From Candidatus Poribacteria bacterium (GTDB taxonomy: Bacteria; Poribacteria; WGA-4E; JAJDTR01), in assembly GCA_965222225.1 (NCBI GenBank), contig CBDCTK010000002.1, positions 4,288,001 through 4,352,000 on the forward strand: DNA of 64,000 bases. Direction: 5' to 3'. The position numbers and the translations under genes are program-made. Below the pieces are notes generated by a model. That model had not been told where the DNA came from, searched no databases, and worked only from the letters and a program-made list of their open reading frames with translations. Shown here in pieces: positions 1 to 10,423 of this stretch; the stretch's first letter is position 1; each line of letters starts with the position of its first letter.

Positions 1-1644
1 CCCCGTTTGATGGGAGTGATGTCCTACGCCTACCGATTCGCCACTCCTGAAAACGATTGGGAGGCATTGCTGTTTCGCCATCTGCCCCCATGGCTCGTCA
101 TCGCCGACGCGGGATTGGTCAAGGATTTATATGAAGGAGAGGTCAGTTTCTTAGCGGGCGGTTATTGGCGGCACTGGGCAGTTCCCATCCTCTCGTGGTC
201 GGTCGTTATCCTCCTGCTGATAGCGATGTTCTTTTGCCTGACCGTAATGATTAGAAGACAGTGGGTGGAAAACGAGAAATTGGCATATCCCATCATCCGA
301 ATCCCGCTTGAAGTCAGTGCCGGATCTGGTGTCATTTTCAGAAACCGACTCTTATGGATAGGTTTCGCAATTGCCGCAGGTATCAATGTGCTCAACGGTC
401 TAGAATATTTTTTCCCGGCGCTCCCGTCGATGCCAGTGAAAAAATATGACCTAAATGTCCACTTCACGCAGAAACCGTGGAACGCGATGGGCAGCATGCC
501 GCTTCGATTTCATCCCTACCTAATCGGTCTCGCATTTATCCTTCCGTTAGATCTGTCGTTTTCCTGCGTGTTTTTCTACTTCGTCGCAAAAGCGCAGATG
601 TTGATGGGCAGCATGGTCGGCGTCGCGACCCTACCGGGATATCCGTTCTTGGGGGAACAAGGAGCGGGCGCACTGTTTGCCCTGCTTACCGTGGCATGTT
701 GGACGGGTCGGAAGCACCTCCTAAAGGTTTTGTCCAGCATAGTTCATTCCAGCCGTGAAGACGACGCCGGCGAACCCATCTCGTATCGAACCGCGGTCGT
801 GACATTCGGTATATGCATAGCACTACTGATGGTCATCTGCGTGAAAGGCGGAATGACAATCTGGGGGTATGCGCTTTTTATCACTATCTATCTATTGATT
901 GTCGTCGGTGTGACCCGAATGCGCGCGGAGTTGGGGCCGCCGATACACGCTATCGGCTATGCTACTCCACAGTATCTGATGATCGCTATGATTGGCACAC
1001 AACGTCTGCGGCCAGGCAACTTGACGATGCTGTCCCTGATGAACTGGCTCAGCGGAGCCAGCTACGCGTCATTCCGAACTCATCCAATGCCCGATCAGCT
1101 CGAAGCCTTCAAACTGGCAGAACTAACCGGCATACGCAACCGGGCAATGTTCGTCGCCTTGGTAATTGCCAGCGTTGTCGGCGTCGTATCCACCTTAATT
1201 CTTTTTCCTTATGCTGTCTACGACGAAGGAATCGTCTCCGGCTCCGAGCAGATTCACTCCGGCGGATCGGAAGCATACAACTTCCTCTCCGCATGGCTGG
1301 TCAATCCCAAATCTACAGATTGGTTTGGGATGTCAATTCTCGGGCTAACATTTTTCGCAAATTTGGGTATCATGTTTCTCCGCACCCGATTTGTTTGGTG
1401 TCCATTGCACCCGGCAGGATACGTCATCGGCGTTGCCCCCGGCACCCTAATCATCAATGTACTTTGGCTGCCACTGGTAATCGCAATGACCGCCAAGTGG
1501 CTAATACTCAAGCACGGCGGAGTCAAAGCCTATCGGCGCGCGATTCCCTTCTTTGTTGGCTTAGTCCTCGGCGAGGCCCTCCTCGGCTGCTTTTGGCCAA
1601 TAATCAGTCTTGTCCTGCGCACCTCGGTCTACAGCTTTTATTGA
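1..1644 (+). CDS. DUF6785/DUF6784-type multi-pass membrane protein (putative peptide/OPT-like transporter), 5'-truncated by the window edge
   Basis: Frame open from base 1. Many TM segments; motifs ATPENDW, RRQWVENEKLAYPI, TRMRAELG, HPMPDQLEAFKL, WCPLHPAGY. Paralog of 13142..15067. Confidence 0.8.
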   Translation, partial: PRLMGVMSYAYRFATPENDWEALLFRHLPPWLVIADAGLVKDLYEGEVSFLAGGYWRHWAVPILSWSVVILLLIAMFFCLTVMIRRQWVENEKLAYPIIRIPLEVSAGSGVIFRNRLLWIGFAIAAGINVLNGLEYFFPALPSMPVKKYDLNVHFTQKPWNAMGSMPLRFHPYLIGLAFILPLDLSFSCVFFYFVAKAQMLMGSMVGVATLPGYPFLGEQGAGALFALLTVACWTGRKHLLKVLSSIVHSSREDDAGEPISYRTAVVTFGICIALLMVICVKGGMTIWGYALFITIYLLIVVGVTRMRAELGPPIHAIGYATPQYLMIAMIGTQRLRPGNLTMLSLMNWLSGASYASFRTHPMPDQLEAFKLAELTGIRNRAMFVALVIASVVGVVSTLILFPYAVYDEGIVSGSEQIHSGGSEAYNFLSAWLVNPKSTDWFGMSILGLTFFANLGIMFLRTRFVWCPLHPAGYVIGVAPGTLIINVLWLPLVIAMTAKWLILKHGGVKAYRRAIPFFVGLVLGEALLGCFWPIISLVLRTSVYSFY

Positions 1645-1811
1645 GTCAGCAGAAAATCACAACACCTACCGCTTATTCATGTTTCTTCTCTCGCGATGAC
1701 GCGCTGTGTCTCACACGAGGATGTCTCGCCTCGCGGACTGGGCATAAGGTTAAAATGTCGACTGTGCACAGGCATCCAGGTATTTGCATGTTCCTTCGCT
1801 CCTGTTTCTAC

Positions 1812-1840
1812 TTGACACGAACTCTTAAATATGAGACAAT
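1812..1840 (+). promoter_or_regulatory. Possible sigma70 promoter
   Basis: TTGACA, 17 bp spacer, GACAAT (with TGn) upstream of phyH at 1949. Confidence 0.4.
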
Positions 1841-1948
1841 TCCTGTTATTTCCCTTACATCTCAACACCGCCGCTCGTTGCTCGCGCCCGTGTTTATTGA
1901 TTGAATATACGGTCTACACAAACAATTGCCAGAATGGGGGTTCTACAC

Positions 1949-2806
1949 ATGAATCTGACCGACCAACAAATCAACTTCTTTCATAATTTTGGCTACCTCA
2001 TGATTCCCCAACTCTTTAGTCCCGAGGAGATGGCTTGGGTCATTGAAGAGTACGAGAACATCCTTCAGAACCACGCCGGCGGCGATGTTCATGACGGCTC
2101 AAGGCGTACAATGATCGTGCCATCCTACGGTCACAGCGAAAGACTTTGTACCCTACTCGATGACCATCGTATTCTTGGGATTGCTTCAGGAATCCTCGGA
2201 GATGACTTTAACTATGGTGCAGGCGATGCCAACTACTACGTCGGCGACAGCCCGTGGCACCCCGATTCAAGCTGGCCAGAACTCTTTGCCATCAAAATGA
2301 CTTTCTACTTAGACCCGATGACACCAGATACCGGCTGCTTGCGCGTCATTCCGGGAAGTCATCGAATCGATTCCTACTGGCACAAATGTCTGGATCCAGA
2401 TTGGAGAAATGGCCGCGGCCACATTAATCTTAACGACGCAGAAGCCGTCTGGGGGCTTCCGCCATCCGACATCCCCGAGAGCGTCGCGCTAGAAACCAAT
2501 CCGGGCGATTTGGTTTTCTTTAACCATACCATTTTCCACGCATCCTTCGGCGGAGGTAATCGTCGTCGTATGTTCACGCTAAACCTAACCAAACGCGGCA
2601 AGACCGAGGCGGAAATCGCTCGTGTCGATGAGTATCTCACTACAAATTGTCCAGCGGCACACGGATTCAAGATTGGAGGAATGTACACCGACCTAACAAT
2701 TGATACCGCCACACCCGAGCGCCTGAGACACATGACCCAGTTTCATGAACGCCACGCCGTGGTGCACCCTAACGACACAATACCGCGCGAATTGCCAACA
2801 CTCTAA
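1949..2806 (+). CDS. Phytanoyl-CoA dioxygenase (PhyH) family 2OG-Fe(II) oxygenase
   Basis: FFHNFGYL, WHPD, GCLRVIPGSH, PGDLVFFNH..FHAS, RRR motifs. ATG 1949 chosen by alignment with paralogs. Confidence 0.9.
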   Translation: MNLTDQQINFFHNFGYLMIPQLFSPEEMAWVIEEYENILQNHAGGDVHDGSRRTMIVPSYGHSERLCTLLDDHRILGIASGILGDDFNYGAGDANYYVGDSPWHPDSSWPELFAIKMTFYLDPMTPDTGCLRVIPGSHRIDSYWHKCLDPDWRNGRGHINLNDAEAVWGLPPSDIPESVALETNPGDLVFFNHTIFHASFGGGNRRRMFTLNLTKRGKTEAEIARVDEYLTTNCPAAHGFKIGGMYTDLTIDTATPERLRHMTQFHERHAVVHPNDTIPRELPTL

Positions 2807-2966
2807 GGAGGTTTCGAGAAGAAACCTACAACTCGACAATCGTGGGCGAAACGCGTGGGATAGTTAGTTTGATTTTAGCGTAACACTGGAAAGCGGAGGT
2901 CAGACATCATCTCACTGGATGTGCTGCAAAATGATTTCCTTGCCTTGAAGGGGAGAACTTCTTCAA

Positions 2967-5090
2967 ATGGCTGATACACTCTCTGCAACGCCCGAGGAAA
3001 TGAAGAAAGCTCAGCGCTGGATAGCGGACGCAATTGATGGGCTAATACCAAATCTTCCATTCTCCTTCACCTACAACGGTGTATCCTCGCGTGACTTTCT
3101 TTCGTCGGCGGACCAATCGAAGTGGACATGGGATTTGAAGCGGGAAGAGATAAAACTGGACGAGAGACGGACAGAACACAGTCTCACCTATGACGACCCG
3201 CTTACAGGCCTGCAGGTTCGCTGTGAAACCGTTATCTACGCCAACTATCCCGCTGTCGAATGGGTTGTGTATTTCCAAAACAACGGTGACCGGGATACCC
3301 CACTCATCGAAAATATCCTAGCAATGGACGTGTCATTCACCCGTCCAGGCCCAGGAGATCCGACCTACGTCAGACGATGGATTGAGTGGAAGGGAGAAGC
3401 CGAAACCGTCGCGGTGCACCGGGAGCCCGGCGAATTTGTCGTACACCACGCCACCGGGGGCATACATTCCTTTTGGGCGTTCCAGCCGCATGACGAGGAG
3501 TTGGGACCGGGGCAGGAGCTGACTATCGGCGGGGTTTCATCTCAACCCGATCTGCCTTTCTTCAATGTTGAATGGCCCAACGAAGGAATCATCGCCGGTA
3601 TTGGATGGACAGCGCCATGGCGGGCAGATTTCGTTCGTAACCATAAGAGATCGCTACGCGTAAGTGTCGCCATGACTGAATGGGTAGCACCTTGGCGTGC
3701 GGATGCGATGAGAGGCGCACATCTATTTCTGCGACCGGGTGAACGTATCCGCATACCCCGGGTACTCATGTTGTTCTGGAGTCAAGATCGGCTTCGCGCC
3801 CAAAATCGCTGGCGTCGACTGTTGCTCGACCATTACTCGCCTCGACCCGACGGCGAGTTAGTCAAAATGCCGTTCGGCGCCGCAACCCAGTGGCACAGCG
3901 GAGAACAGAACATTGCAATCATGAACTGGCATCTTGACAATGGAATACCAATCGAGGATTTTTGGATGGATATCGGCTGGCAGCGGGCACCAACGGAGGA
4001 GGAAGCTTTTGAGCACCTAGCCGATGATGTCGTCAACGAAAAACTGTTTCCCAACGGTATTCAAGCAGTGTCCGACGCCGCCCATAAACGGGGTGTCAAG
4101 TATTTGCTCTGGTTTGGCGGCGATGAACGTTGTCGGTTTCAGGCGATTTATCCCTACCTTGAGCGCGTCCGGAAGTATCGCCCCGAATTACTGTCGGATG
4201 AATTTCCCGGTGTTGATAACGGCAACCCCATGATTAACCAATGGATGATTGATCACTATGGGCAGCAGATTGAAAACCTCGGTATCGACATCTTTCGCTG
4301 GGACTCCCGCAGCACTCCACCCCCGGACACCGATAACAATCGACGGGGTGTAAACTGGGCAAGATCAGCAGAAGGATTTTATAAGTTTTGGGATGCGTTG
4401 TTAGAGCGTTTCTACAGTCTCATCATTGACTGCTGTGGCGGTGGCGCCATAAATATGGACCTTGAGACCATCCAACGCAGCGTCTTTCTCCACCGTTGCG
4501 ACTACCAGTGCGGCGGCATCCACGAACCCGAGAACGTATTCAATCCCACCGGCATGCAAGGCCAAACGCATGGGGTATCGTCGTGGGCGCCGCTAACCAG
4601 CGGGTGTGTCCGCCAATTGAGCGCCTACGCCTTCCGAAGCGCATACAGCGCCGGATTGCGAGTCACCTTTGAAGTTGTCGTTGAAAGTTTTTTCACCACT
4701 CCACCGTCCGCTCCGTCGGAAGAGGAGTTTGATGTCGAGCTCGCACGCACACTATCTGAGGAGTACCTCTCCATCCGTCACTGCTTTTACGGCGATTACT
4801 ATCCGCTCTGCCGATACAACCTAGAAGAGGACGCTTGGATGGCATGGCAATTCGATCGCCCCGATCTCGGGGAAGGCATTGTGCAAGCCTTTCGGCGGAC
4901 TCAAAGTAACATCCTTACCTGCCTGTATCGACTCCACGGATTAGAACCGAATACTCAATACGAATTGACCAATTTTGACATTCCCGGAACCACGAGCTTG
5001 ACAGGTGGCGAATTGATGCAAGATGGACTGATTATTGACATTACGGACCAACCCGGTGCCGTCGTAATCAGATACAAAGCACTCAGGTAG
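2967..5090 (+). CDS. Alpha-galactosidase-like glycoside hydrolase (GH36 clan D)
   Basis: FWMDIGW, LFPNG, YLLWF, IDIFRWD, IIDCCGGG, GDYYPL, WMAWQF motifs and a GH36 C-terminal beta domain. Confidence 0.8.
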   Translation: MADTLSATPEEMKKAQRWIADAIDGLIPNLPFSFTYNGVSSRDFLSSADQSKWTWDLKREEIKLDERRTEHSLTYDDPLTGLQVRCETVIYANYPAVEWVVYFQNNGDRDTPLIENILAMDVSFTRPGPGDPTYVRRWIEWKGEAETVAVHREPGEFVVHHATGGIHSFWAFQPHDEELGPGQELTIGGVSSQPDLPFFNVEWPNEGIIAGIGWTAPWRADFVRNHKRSLRVSVAMTEWVAPWRADAMRGAHLFLRPGERIRIPRVLMLFWSQDRLRAQNRWRRLLLDHYSPRPDGELVKMPFGAATQWHSGEQNIAIMNWHLDNGIPIEDFWMDIGWQRAPTEEEAFEHLADDVVNEKLFPNGIQAVSDAAHKRGVKYLLWFGGDERCRFQAIYPYLERVRKYRPELLSDEFPGVDNGNPMINQWMIDHYGQQIENLGIDIFRWDSRSTPPPDTDNNRRGVNWARSAEGFYKFWDALLERFYSLIIDCCGGGAINMDLETIQRSVFLHRCDYQCGGIHEPENVFNPTGMQGQTHGVSSWAPLTSGCVRQLSAYAFRSAYSAGLRVTFEVVVESFFTTPPSAPSEEEFDVELARTLSEEYLSIRHCFYGDYYPLCRYNLEEDAWMAWQFDRPDLGEGIVQAFRRTQSNILTCLYRLHGLEPNTQYELTNFDIPGTTSLTGGELMQDGLIIDITDQPGAVVIRYKALR

Positions 5091-5098
5091 AATCGCAC

Positions 5099-5230
5099 CA
5101 GGGCCTTGACGACGCCGAAAGCAAGATGATGACCGGCGCCAAACTAACAGTATGCGAATTGATCGTCACAATCCCCGATAGGCCAAGCGCCGCCGTCATC
5201 ACGTATAAGACGGAACTCCAGAACGGGTAG
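5099..5230 (+). pseudogene. Relic C-terminal 43 codons of a second GH36 paralog
   Basis: Translates QGLDDAESKMMTGAKLTVCELIVTIPDRPSAAVITYKTELQNG*, which aligns with the upstream gene end (DIPGTTSLTGGELMQDGLIIDITDQPGAVVIRYKALR*). Confidence 0.7.
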
Positions 5231-5240
5231 GAGATTACGT

Positions 5241-6113
5241 ATGCAACCGACAAAGCAGCAACTCAATCACTTTCACACGTTCGGGTTCCTAGTTTTTCCT
5301 GCACTTCTCCGTCCAGACGAGGTCATATGGATTACGGAGGAATTCGAGCAAGTACTTCATACTCATGGCGCTATCCATGACGGCTCTACGCGTACCCAAA
5401 TTGTCCCGATGCTCGATCACAGCGAGCGACTTTGCACACTGCTTGATGACACACGTGTTTTGACAATTGCCAACGCCATACTAGGCGACGACTTCAACTA
5501 TGCGGGTGGCGATGGCGACTTTTGGGTTGGTGATACGGCTTGGCACCCCGATGGAAACTATCCGGATCTTTTCGCCATCAAGCTTGCCTTTTATTTGGAC
5601 CCTCTCACCCGCGACGCCGGCTGTCTGCGCTTTCTCCCCGGCAGTCATCTGCCCGAATCCTATTGGCGAAGCGGGGATATGCACCTAGGTAAGGCACAGG
5701 CGTCTTGGGGTATCACTCCGTGGGAGATTCCGGGCAATGTCACGATAGAGACCAATCCTGGAGATCTCGTGGTCTTCAACCACAGTATCTTCCACGCCTC
5801 TTTCGGCGGTGACAATCGACGGAGACAGTTCTCCATGAATTTGCACAAACGCGGCAAGACCGATGCGGAATTTGCGCGTATCGATCAGTATCTCAGTCAT
5901 CATGGCGCAATTCCTCGTGGCATCCGAATCGGGGGTAAATTCACCGGACGCAAACCAGGCAGCATGTATGCGGACTTCAGCATGTACACTGACCTGATGA
6001 TTGACACGGCGACGCCAGAGCGGCTGCGTCATCTCTCACAGTTACACCAACGTGTGGCGCTTGTTCACCCGAATGCGGCCCCGCCACGGCCTCTACCGGC
6101 CAACAATACATAG
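5241..6113 (+). CDS. PhyH family dioxygenase
   Basis: WHPD, GCLRFLPGSH, FNHSIFHASFGG; RBS AGGAGA. Close paralog of 8225..9094. Confidence 0.9.
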   Translation: MQPTKQQLNHFHTFGFLVFPALLRPDEVIWITEEFEQVLHTHGAIHDGSTRTQIVPMLDHSERLCTLLDDTRVLTIANAILGDDFNYAGGDGDFWVGDTAWHPDGNYPDLFAIKLAFYLDPLTRDAGCLRFLPGSHLPESYWRSGDMHLGKAQASWGITPWEIPGNVTIETNPGDLVVFNHSIFHASFGGDNRRRQFSMNLHKRGKTDAEFARIDQYLSHHGAIPRGIRIGGKFTGRKPGSMYADFSMYTDLMIDTATPERLRHLSQLHQRVALVHPNAAPPRPLPANNT

Positions 6114-6131
6114 CCTATCAAGATAACATCT

Positions 6132-6959
6132 ATGAAGATCAAGTTCCCAGCGACCGACCCCGGAATCCCGTCTTTTGTAACGCTTGACGATTTTCTTGAT
6201 TGCGCCTTTGCTAAATGTATTTCTGACGAACTCGGATCTGGAGTGGTCAAGGAAATAATGGAGCCGTTCCTAGCCGACAACCCGAGAGCAAACTTCTCAA
6301 ACAATTTACCATTTATTCCCGACGGCAAAGGGATACCCGACCCCGATCGTTCCTACGAAAAGGAAAACGCGGCACAGACGTTCAACAAAATATTAAACAT
6401 CTGTCCCAATCTGTTCAAGCTCTGGTTACAGATGCGCACCGAGGTATTCTTTCATCAGTGTATCCTTGAAAATCTTGACATCCTAAAATACAAAGGAATA
6501 GTATCGACCAATCTTGCATTCAACCCTGACGCACAGTTGTCCGTTAAGAAGAAACAGTTCGTCAACGAACGTACTCGACTCACGATTGCTCCAGATTTCC
6601 ATTTATCAATCGCAAAACGTGGCTATGATGTAAAGGTACATTCGGATAACAGGTACAAAATTCTCTTCGGGGCGCTCTATTTTAACGATGTCCCGGAGAA
6701 AGAAGGCGGTCAAACCTGCTTCTGGGAATCGCGGGGCAGTCGCAATATTGGCGACTATCCGCGCTATCCTAAACCTGAAGACATTCGGCTCGTGAGCGCG
6801 GTTAAGCCAAAAGCAGGGCGGCTGGTACTTGGTCTGAATAGTAACGACGCCTACCACAGCGTCAATGGATACACCGGCAGCGGCCGACGCCAATTTGTCT
6901 ATTTTTCGTTCTTTGTACCGGATTGCGAGAACGTCTGGAAGGTAAACTACCAACTCTAA
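6132..6959 (+). CDS. 2OG-Fe(II) oxygenase (prolyl-hydroxylase-like, non-PhyH type)
   Basis: HSD, LYF, GGQT, AYHSV and RRQF motifs give the HxD...H...R signature. Confidence 0.7.
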   Translation: MKIKFPATDPGIPSFVTLDDFLDCAFAKCISDELGSGVVKEIMEPFLADNPRANFSNNLPFIPDGKGIPDPDRSYEKENAAQTFNKILNICPNLFKLWLQMRTEVFFHQCILENLDILKYKGIVSTNLAFNPDAQLSVKKKQFVNERTRLTIAPDFHLSIAKRGYDVKVHSDNRYKILFGALYFNDVPEKEGGQTCFWESRGSRNIGDYPRYPKPEDIRLVSAVKPKAGRLVLGLNSNDAYHSVNGYTGSGRRQFVYFSFFVPDCENVWKVNYQL

Positions 6960-6996
6960 CCAAACTTGCGATATTAGACGTAACCCCATAGTTTTG

Positions 6997-7017
6997 TAGA
7001 GTGGGCACTGCCCACCA
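6997..7017 (+). repeat. GTAG-type REP palindrome
   Basis: GTAGAGTGGGCACTGCCCACC; related to 11518 (GTAGGGTGCGCACCGAGCACC). Confidence 0.6.
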
Positions 7018-7111
7018 GCCTTTTGACCTCCTCTTTTCGCGCATCACGAGTCATTTATTGCCTTGTTAACTCTGAGATTTAAGTTGCACGTGGATCCAAG
7101 ACAAGCCCAAA

Positions 7112-7969
7112 ATGCCAATCCTTACGCGGGCACATCACGATCACTTCAATGAACACGGCTACATGGTCGTAGATGATGCTGTACCAATTGACCTTTGCGA
7201 TGCGGTTGTCGCTGCGATTTGGGCGTTCATGGAAATAGATCCGAACGATCCGGACGATTGGTACCGCTTGCCGCACAAACCGCCGGAACGTCCGGGTGTT
7301 GGAATGGTCGGCATGTATTGGCATCAAGCGATGTGGAACGTCTACCAGCATCCACGGATTCATCAGATATACAGCGAGGTCTACGGCACCCATCGACTTT
7401 GGGTGCATATTGATCGCGTAAATATGAAACCGCCTCGACACCCCGATTATCCGGAATGGATGCGCCGGTCAAAGTACCATTGGGATGCCGACACATCAAA
7501 ATTGCCAATTCGATTCGGGACACAGGGCGTGCTATATTTGAGGAACACGGACGCCGATCAAGGCTCATTCGTCTGTTGCCCCGGAGCGCATAAATCACTC
7601 ATTGACGAAGAACATCCGTCAATTCCGGAGTTAACACCCGATAAATTCGTGCCGATTCCCGCCAATGGTGGATCGATGCTTATCTGGCATCAGGCGCTGC
7701 CGCATGGAAATGGGGCGAACACCTCCGACAAGCCACGATTCGCACAGTATATGAACTATTATCCCGCTCCCGCCCCAATGAATGAACAACGGCGAGAGGA
7801 ACGCATTACCCTCTGGAAAGAACGTCGAGCACTGGGTGAAGGCCCATATACCCTTGATCCACGCGGTTGGGAAGCGGTGAATTATGGACCACCCGATCTT
7901 ACATGGCTAGGACGAAGATTGTTAGGCCTCGACCTTTGGGACCGATCGGCGCCTGGCAATCTTTCGTGA
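7112..7969 (+). CDS. PhyH family dioxygenase
   Basis: FNEHGY, HWD, QGVLYL, GSFVCCPGAH, LIWHQALPHG, RFAQY. Confidence 0.9.
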   Translation: MPILTRAHHDHFNEHGYMVVDDAVPIDLCDAVVAAIWAFMEIDPNDPDDWYRLPHKPPERPGVGMVGMYWHQAMWNVYQHPRIHQIYSEVYGTHRLWVHIDRVNMKPPRHPDYPEWMRRSKYHWDADTSKLPIRFGTQGVLYLRNTDADQGSFVCCPGAHKSLIDEEHPSIPELTPDKFVPIPANGGSMLIWHQALPHGNGANTSDKPRFAQYMNYYPAPAPMNEQRREERITLWKERRALGEGPYTLDPRGWEAVNYGPPDLTWLGRRLLGLDLWDRSAPGNLS

Positions 7970-8012
7970 ACGCTACAACATTAGGACTGACGCAAAAATA
8001 GAAAATCGTTAC

Positions 8013-8070
8013 GGTAGGCAGGGATCAAGTAAGCGAATACCGAGTGCGATAGAGAGTTTCTTGCCCCGCC
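8013..8070 (-). repeat. REP carrying the ~35-bp CTATCGC...TTGATC module (8023..8056)
   Basis: Reverse complement GGCGGGGCAAGAAACTCTCTATCGCACTCGGTATTCGCTTACTTGATCCCTGCCTAC closely resembles 46701..46754. Confidence 0.8.
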
Positions 8071-8224
8071 AAGAATAGGCGGTCGCCATCGGGAGATTGG
8101 TCCCACCAGAGCCTTTAGGCGTTCAATTGCGTATGTCCTAACCGAATCTATAATGTGTACTACAGTTTCTGGTTCATGCGGCTCGATAACACCGAAACAC
8201 CCAGACGTTGAAAGGAGATTCCTC

Positions 8225-9094
8225 ATGCAACCGACCGAACAGCAACTCAATCACTTCCATACCTTCGGCTTTGTGGCTATTCGCGAACTTTTTGCCCCTG
8301 ATGAGATATCTTGGATTACCGATGAGTTTGAGCAGGTCGTCGAGATTCACGGGGGCGACCACGATGGATCGAAGCATACCGGAACCGTGCCGGCGGTCGA
8401 TCACAGTGCTCGACTCTGCACACTGCTTGATGACGCGCGCATTCTCGGTATTGCTTCCGCCATTCTGGGTAATGACTTCAATTATGCCGGTGGCGATGCC
8501 AACTTCTATGTTGGTGAAACCAGATGGCATCCCGACGGAAATTATCCCGATCTATTCGCGATCAAACTAGCGTTCTACTTGGACCCGCTGACCCGTGATA
8601 CCGGCTGTCTCCGCGTACTGCCGGCCAGCCATCGTGCGGACTCCGCTTGGCGAACCGAAGGTATGCAGCCCAGAGATGCCGAAGCGTTATGGGGAATTCC
8701 GTCATCAGAGGTACCTGGTGACGTTGCGCTAGAGACCAAGCCGAGCGATCTTGTGGTCTTTAACCACAACACCTTTCATGCCTCTTTCGGCGGCGCCAAT
8801 CGTAGACGGATGTTCACAATGAATCTGCACAAACGCGGCAAAACAGAAGCGGAATTGGCACGTATAGATGAATACCTCCGCCATCACGGCACGCTGGCAC
8901 GCGGAATCCGTATCGGCGGGAAGTTCACGGGAAACGGCAAGAACAACATGTATTCCCATTTCAGCATGTACACCGACGTGATGCTTGATACGGCTACCCC
9001 GGAGCGACTTCGGCATCTCTCGCAGCTCCACGAACGTGTGGCGCTTGTTCACCCAAAAGCCGCTCCTCCACGTCCCTTGGGTGCGGCGAATTAA
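8225..9094 (+). CDS. PhyH family dioxygenase
   Basis: Same motifs as 5241..6113; RBS AAGGAG before ATG 8225. Confidence 0.9.
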   Translation: MQPTEQQLNHFHTFGFVAIRELFAPDEISWITDEFEQVVEIHGGDHDGSKHTGTVPAVDHSARLCTLLDDARILGIASAILGNDFNYAGGDANFYVGETRWHPDGNYPDLFAIKLAFYLDPLTRDTGCLRVLPASHRADSAWRTEGMQPRDAEALWGIPSSEVPGDVALETKPSDLVVFNHNTFHASFGGANRRRMFTMNLHKRGKTEAELARIDEYLRHHGTLARGIRIGGKFTGNGKNNMYSHFSMYTDVMLDTATPERLRHLSQLHERVALVHPKAAPPRPLGAAN

Positions 9095-9302
9095 CACGTT
9101 GCGGATACCATACGCACAACGTGTCATCTCTCTTCATGGGCGTTTTTTAGGCTCTTGATTTTTTTCTTGCATCGGATCTGATTTTCATGTAAACTAGTAA
9201 CACATTTCAAGACGCATGTGTTATCAGCCTATCTGTGCGTTGCACACAGACAAGGCATTCCTCTTTGAAATGCAACAGTTCAAGGCGAAAAGGAGTAGAC
9301 AC

Positions 9303-10109
9303 ATGAAAACGGGATTTGTTCTAATATGCGCAAGCGTAATCGGCATTGCTGCGCTAATGACAACGAACAGTACAGCGCAGATTGACCCTGCCAATGCCTT
9401 GGGAATATATCTCATGGACGAGGGTGAGGGCAACACAATCGCTGATTCCAGCGGTAACGGAAGTGATGGGAAACTCATGAACGACCCTCAATGGGTTGAT
9501 GGGAAGTTCGGCAAGGCGCTCAAGTTTGACGGCTTGACGACTGTCGTTGAGCTGAACAACCCGATGAATGTTGGGGACTTCGGCACAAGTCACAGCATTT
9601 CGGTTTGGGCGAATCTCGCCGCAGAACAAAATGGTAACGCCGATATGCTCGGTAATCACGGGAAACCCGGCGGCTATGAAATTGAACAGCGGGGAGAGGA
9701 ACATAACAAGTTTTACTTTGGCATGAAAATTAACGACGCATGGCAAGGTGGACCTTGGGCAGAACGTCCGTCAACTCAACTCGTTGACGGCGTATGGGAG
9801 CATCTCGTGGTCATTCGCGAAGGCGACACCGTAAAACACTATTTGAACGGCGACCAAACTGTGGAATACGGCGTTGACCCGGAACGAGTTGAGGACACCA
9901 CCGATTCGAACTTTCTCATCGGTAACAGTGCCTGTTGTGGCGAAGGACGTACCATCACTGGTACGTTGGATGAGGTCGCCATATTTACGGTAGCACTAAC
10001 TGAGGCAGATGTCACCGCCCTTGCGGGAGGATTGATGAATGCTACTTCCGTTGATAGCGCCGGTAAGATGACCACCACTTGGGGCCAACTCAAGTCACAG
10101 TATAAATAA
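9303..10109 (+). CDS. Secreted LamG/concanavalin A-like domain protein
   Basis: Signal peptide; DEGEG, WVDGKFGKALKFDG, GTLDEVAIF; tail VDSAGKMTTTWGQLK; RBS AAGGAG. Confidence 0.85.
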   Translation: MKTGFVLICASVIGIAALMTTNSTAQIDPANALGIYLMDEGEGNTIADSSGNGSDGKLMNDPQWVDGKFGKALKFDGLTTVVELNNPMNVGDFGTSHSISVWANLAAEQNGNADMLGNHGKPGGYEIEQRGEEHNKFYFGMKINDAWQGGPWAERPSTQLVDGVWEHLVVIREGDTVKHYLNGDQTVEYGVDPERVEDTTDSNFLIGNSACCGEGRTITGTLDEVAIFTVALTEADVTALAGGLMNATSVDSAGKMTTTWGQLKSQYK

Positions 10110-10169
10110 TAGACTGCTTTCGACAAGGAAACCACAATCCCTTGAAGTAAAGCAAACCAGATTCAAGTT

Positions 10170-10210
10170 AGGGATGGCTTTCAATTGAAACATTGAGCCA
10201 TCCCTTTTTT
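10170..10210 (+). terminator. Intrinsic terminator
   Basis: AGGGATGGC...GCCATCCCT stem followed by a T run, downstream of the LamG gene. Confidence 0.7.
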
Positions 10211-10298
10211 CATGTCCTACTGTTATAGTCATTTGCATTTATATTTACACATACTTGCTGGCGATTTTATGATTGGAAGTTATTACGAAATGTTTTTT

Positions 10299-10423
10299 GT
10301 AGGAGCGATCGGGAGAAAGATCTCTATCGCCCTCCCTATCCGGTCGGTTGATCGCTCCGACAGAAGCCGCGTAATAAAGGGATTTCTATCGCAGTCGCTA
10401 TTCGCTCCCTTGATCGCCACTAC
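10299..10423 (+). repeat. REP arms carrying two 35-bp modules (10319..10353 and 10381..10415)
   Basis: GTAGGAGCGATC-GGGAGAAA-[module]-GCTCCGAC; second module followed by GCCACTAC. Confidence 0.8.

Noticed and set aside
813-1904. 363-aa alternative-frame ORF and other long shadow ORFs (11452..12015, 25803..26573, 31303..31923, 47950..48843)
   Set aside because: They overlap well-supported genes and have no recognisable motifs.
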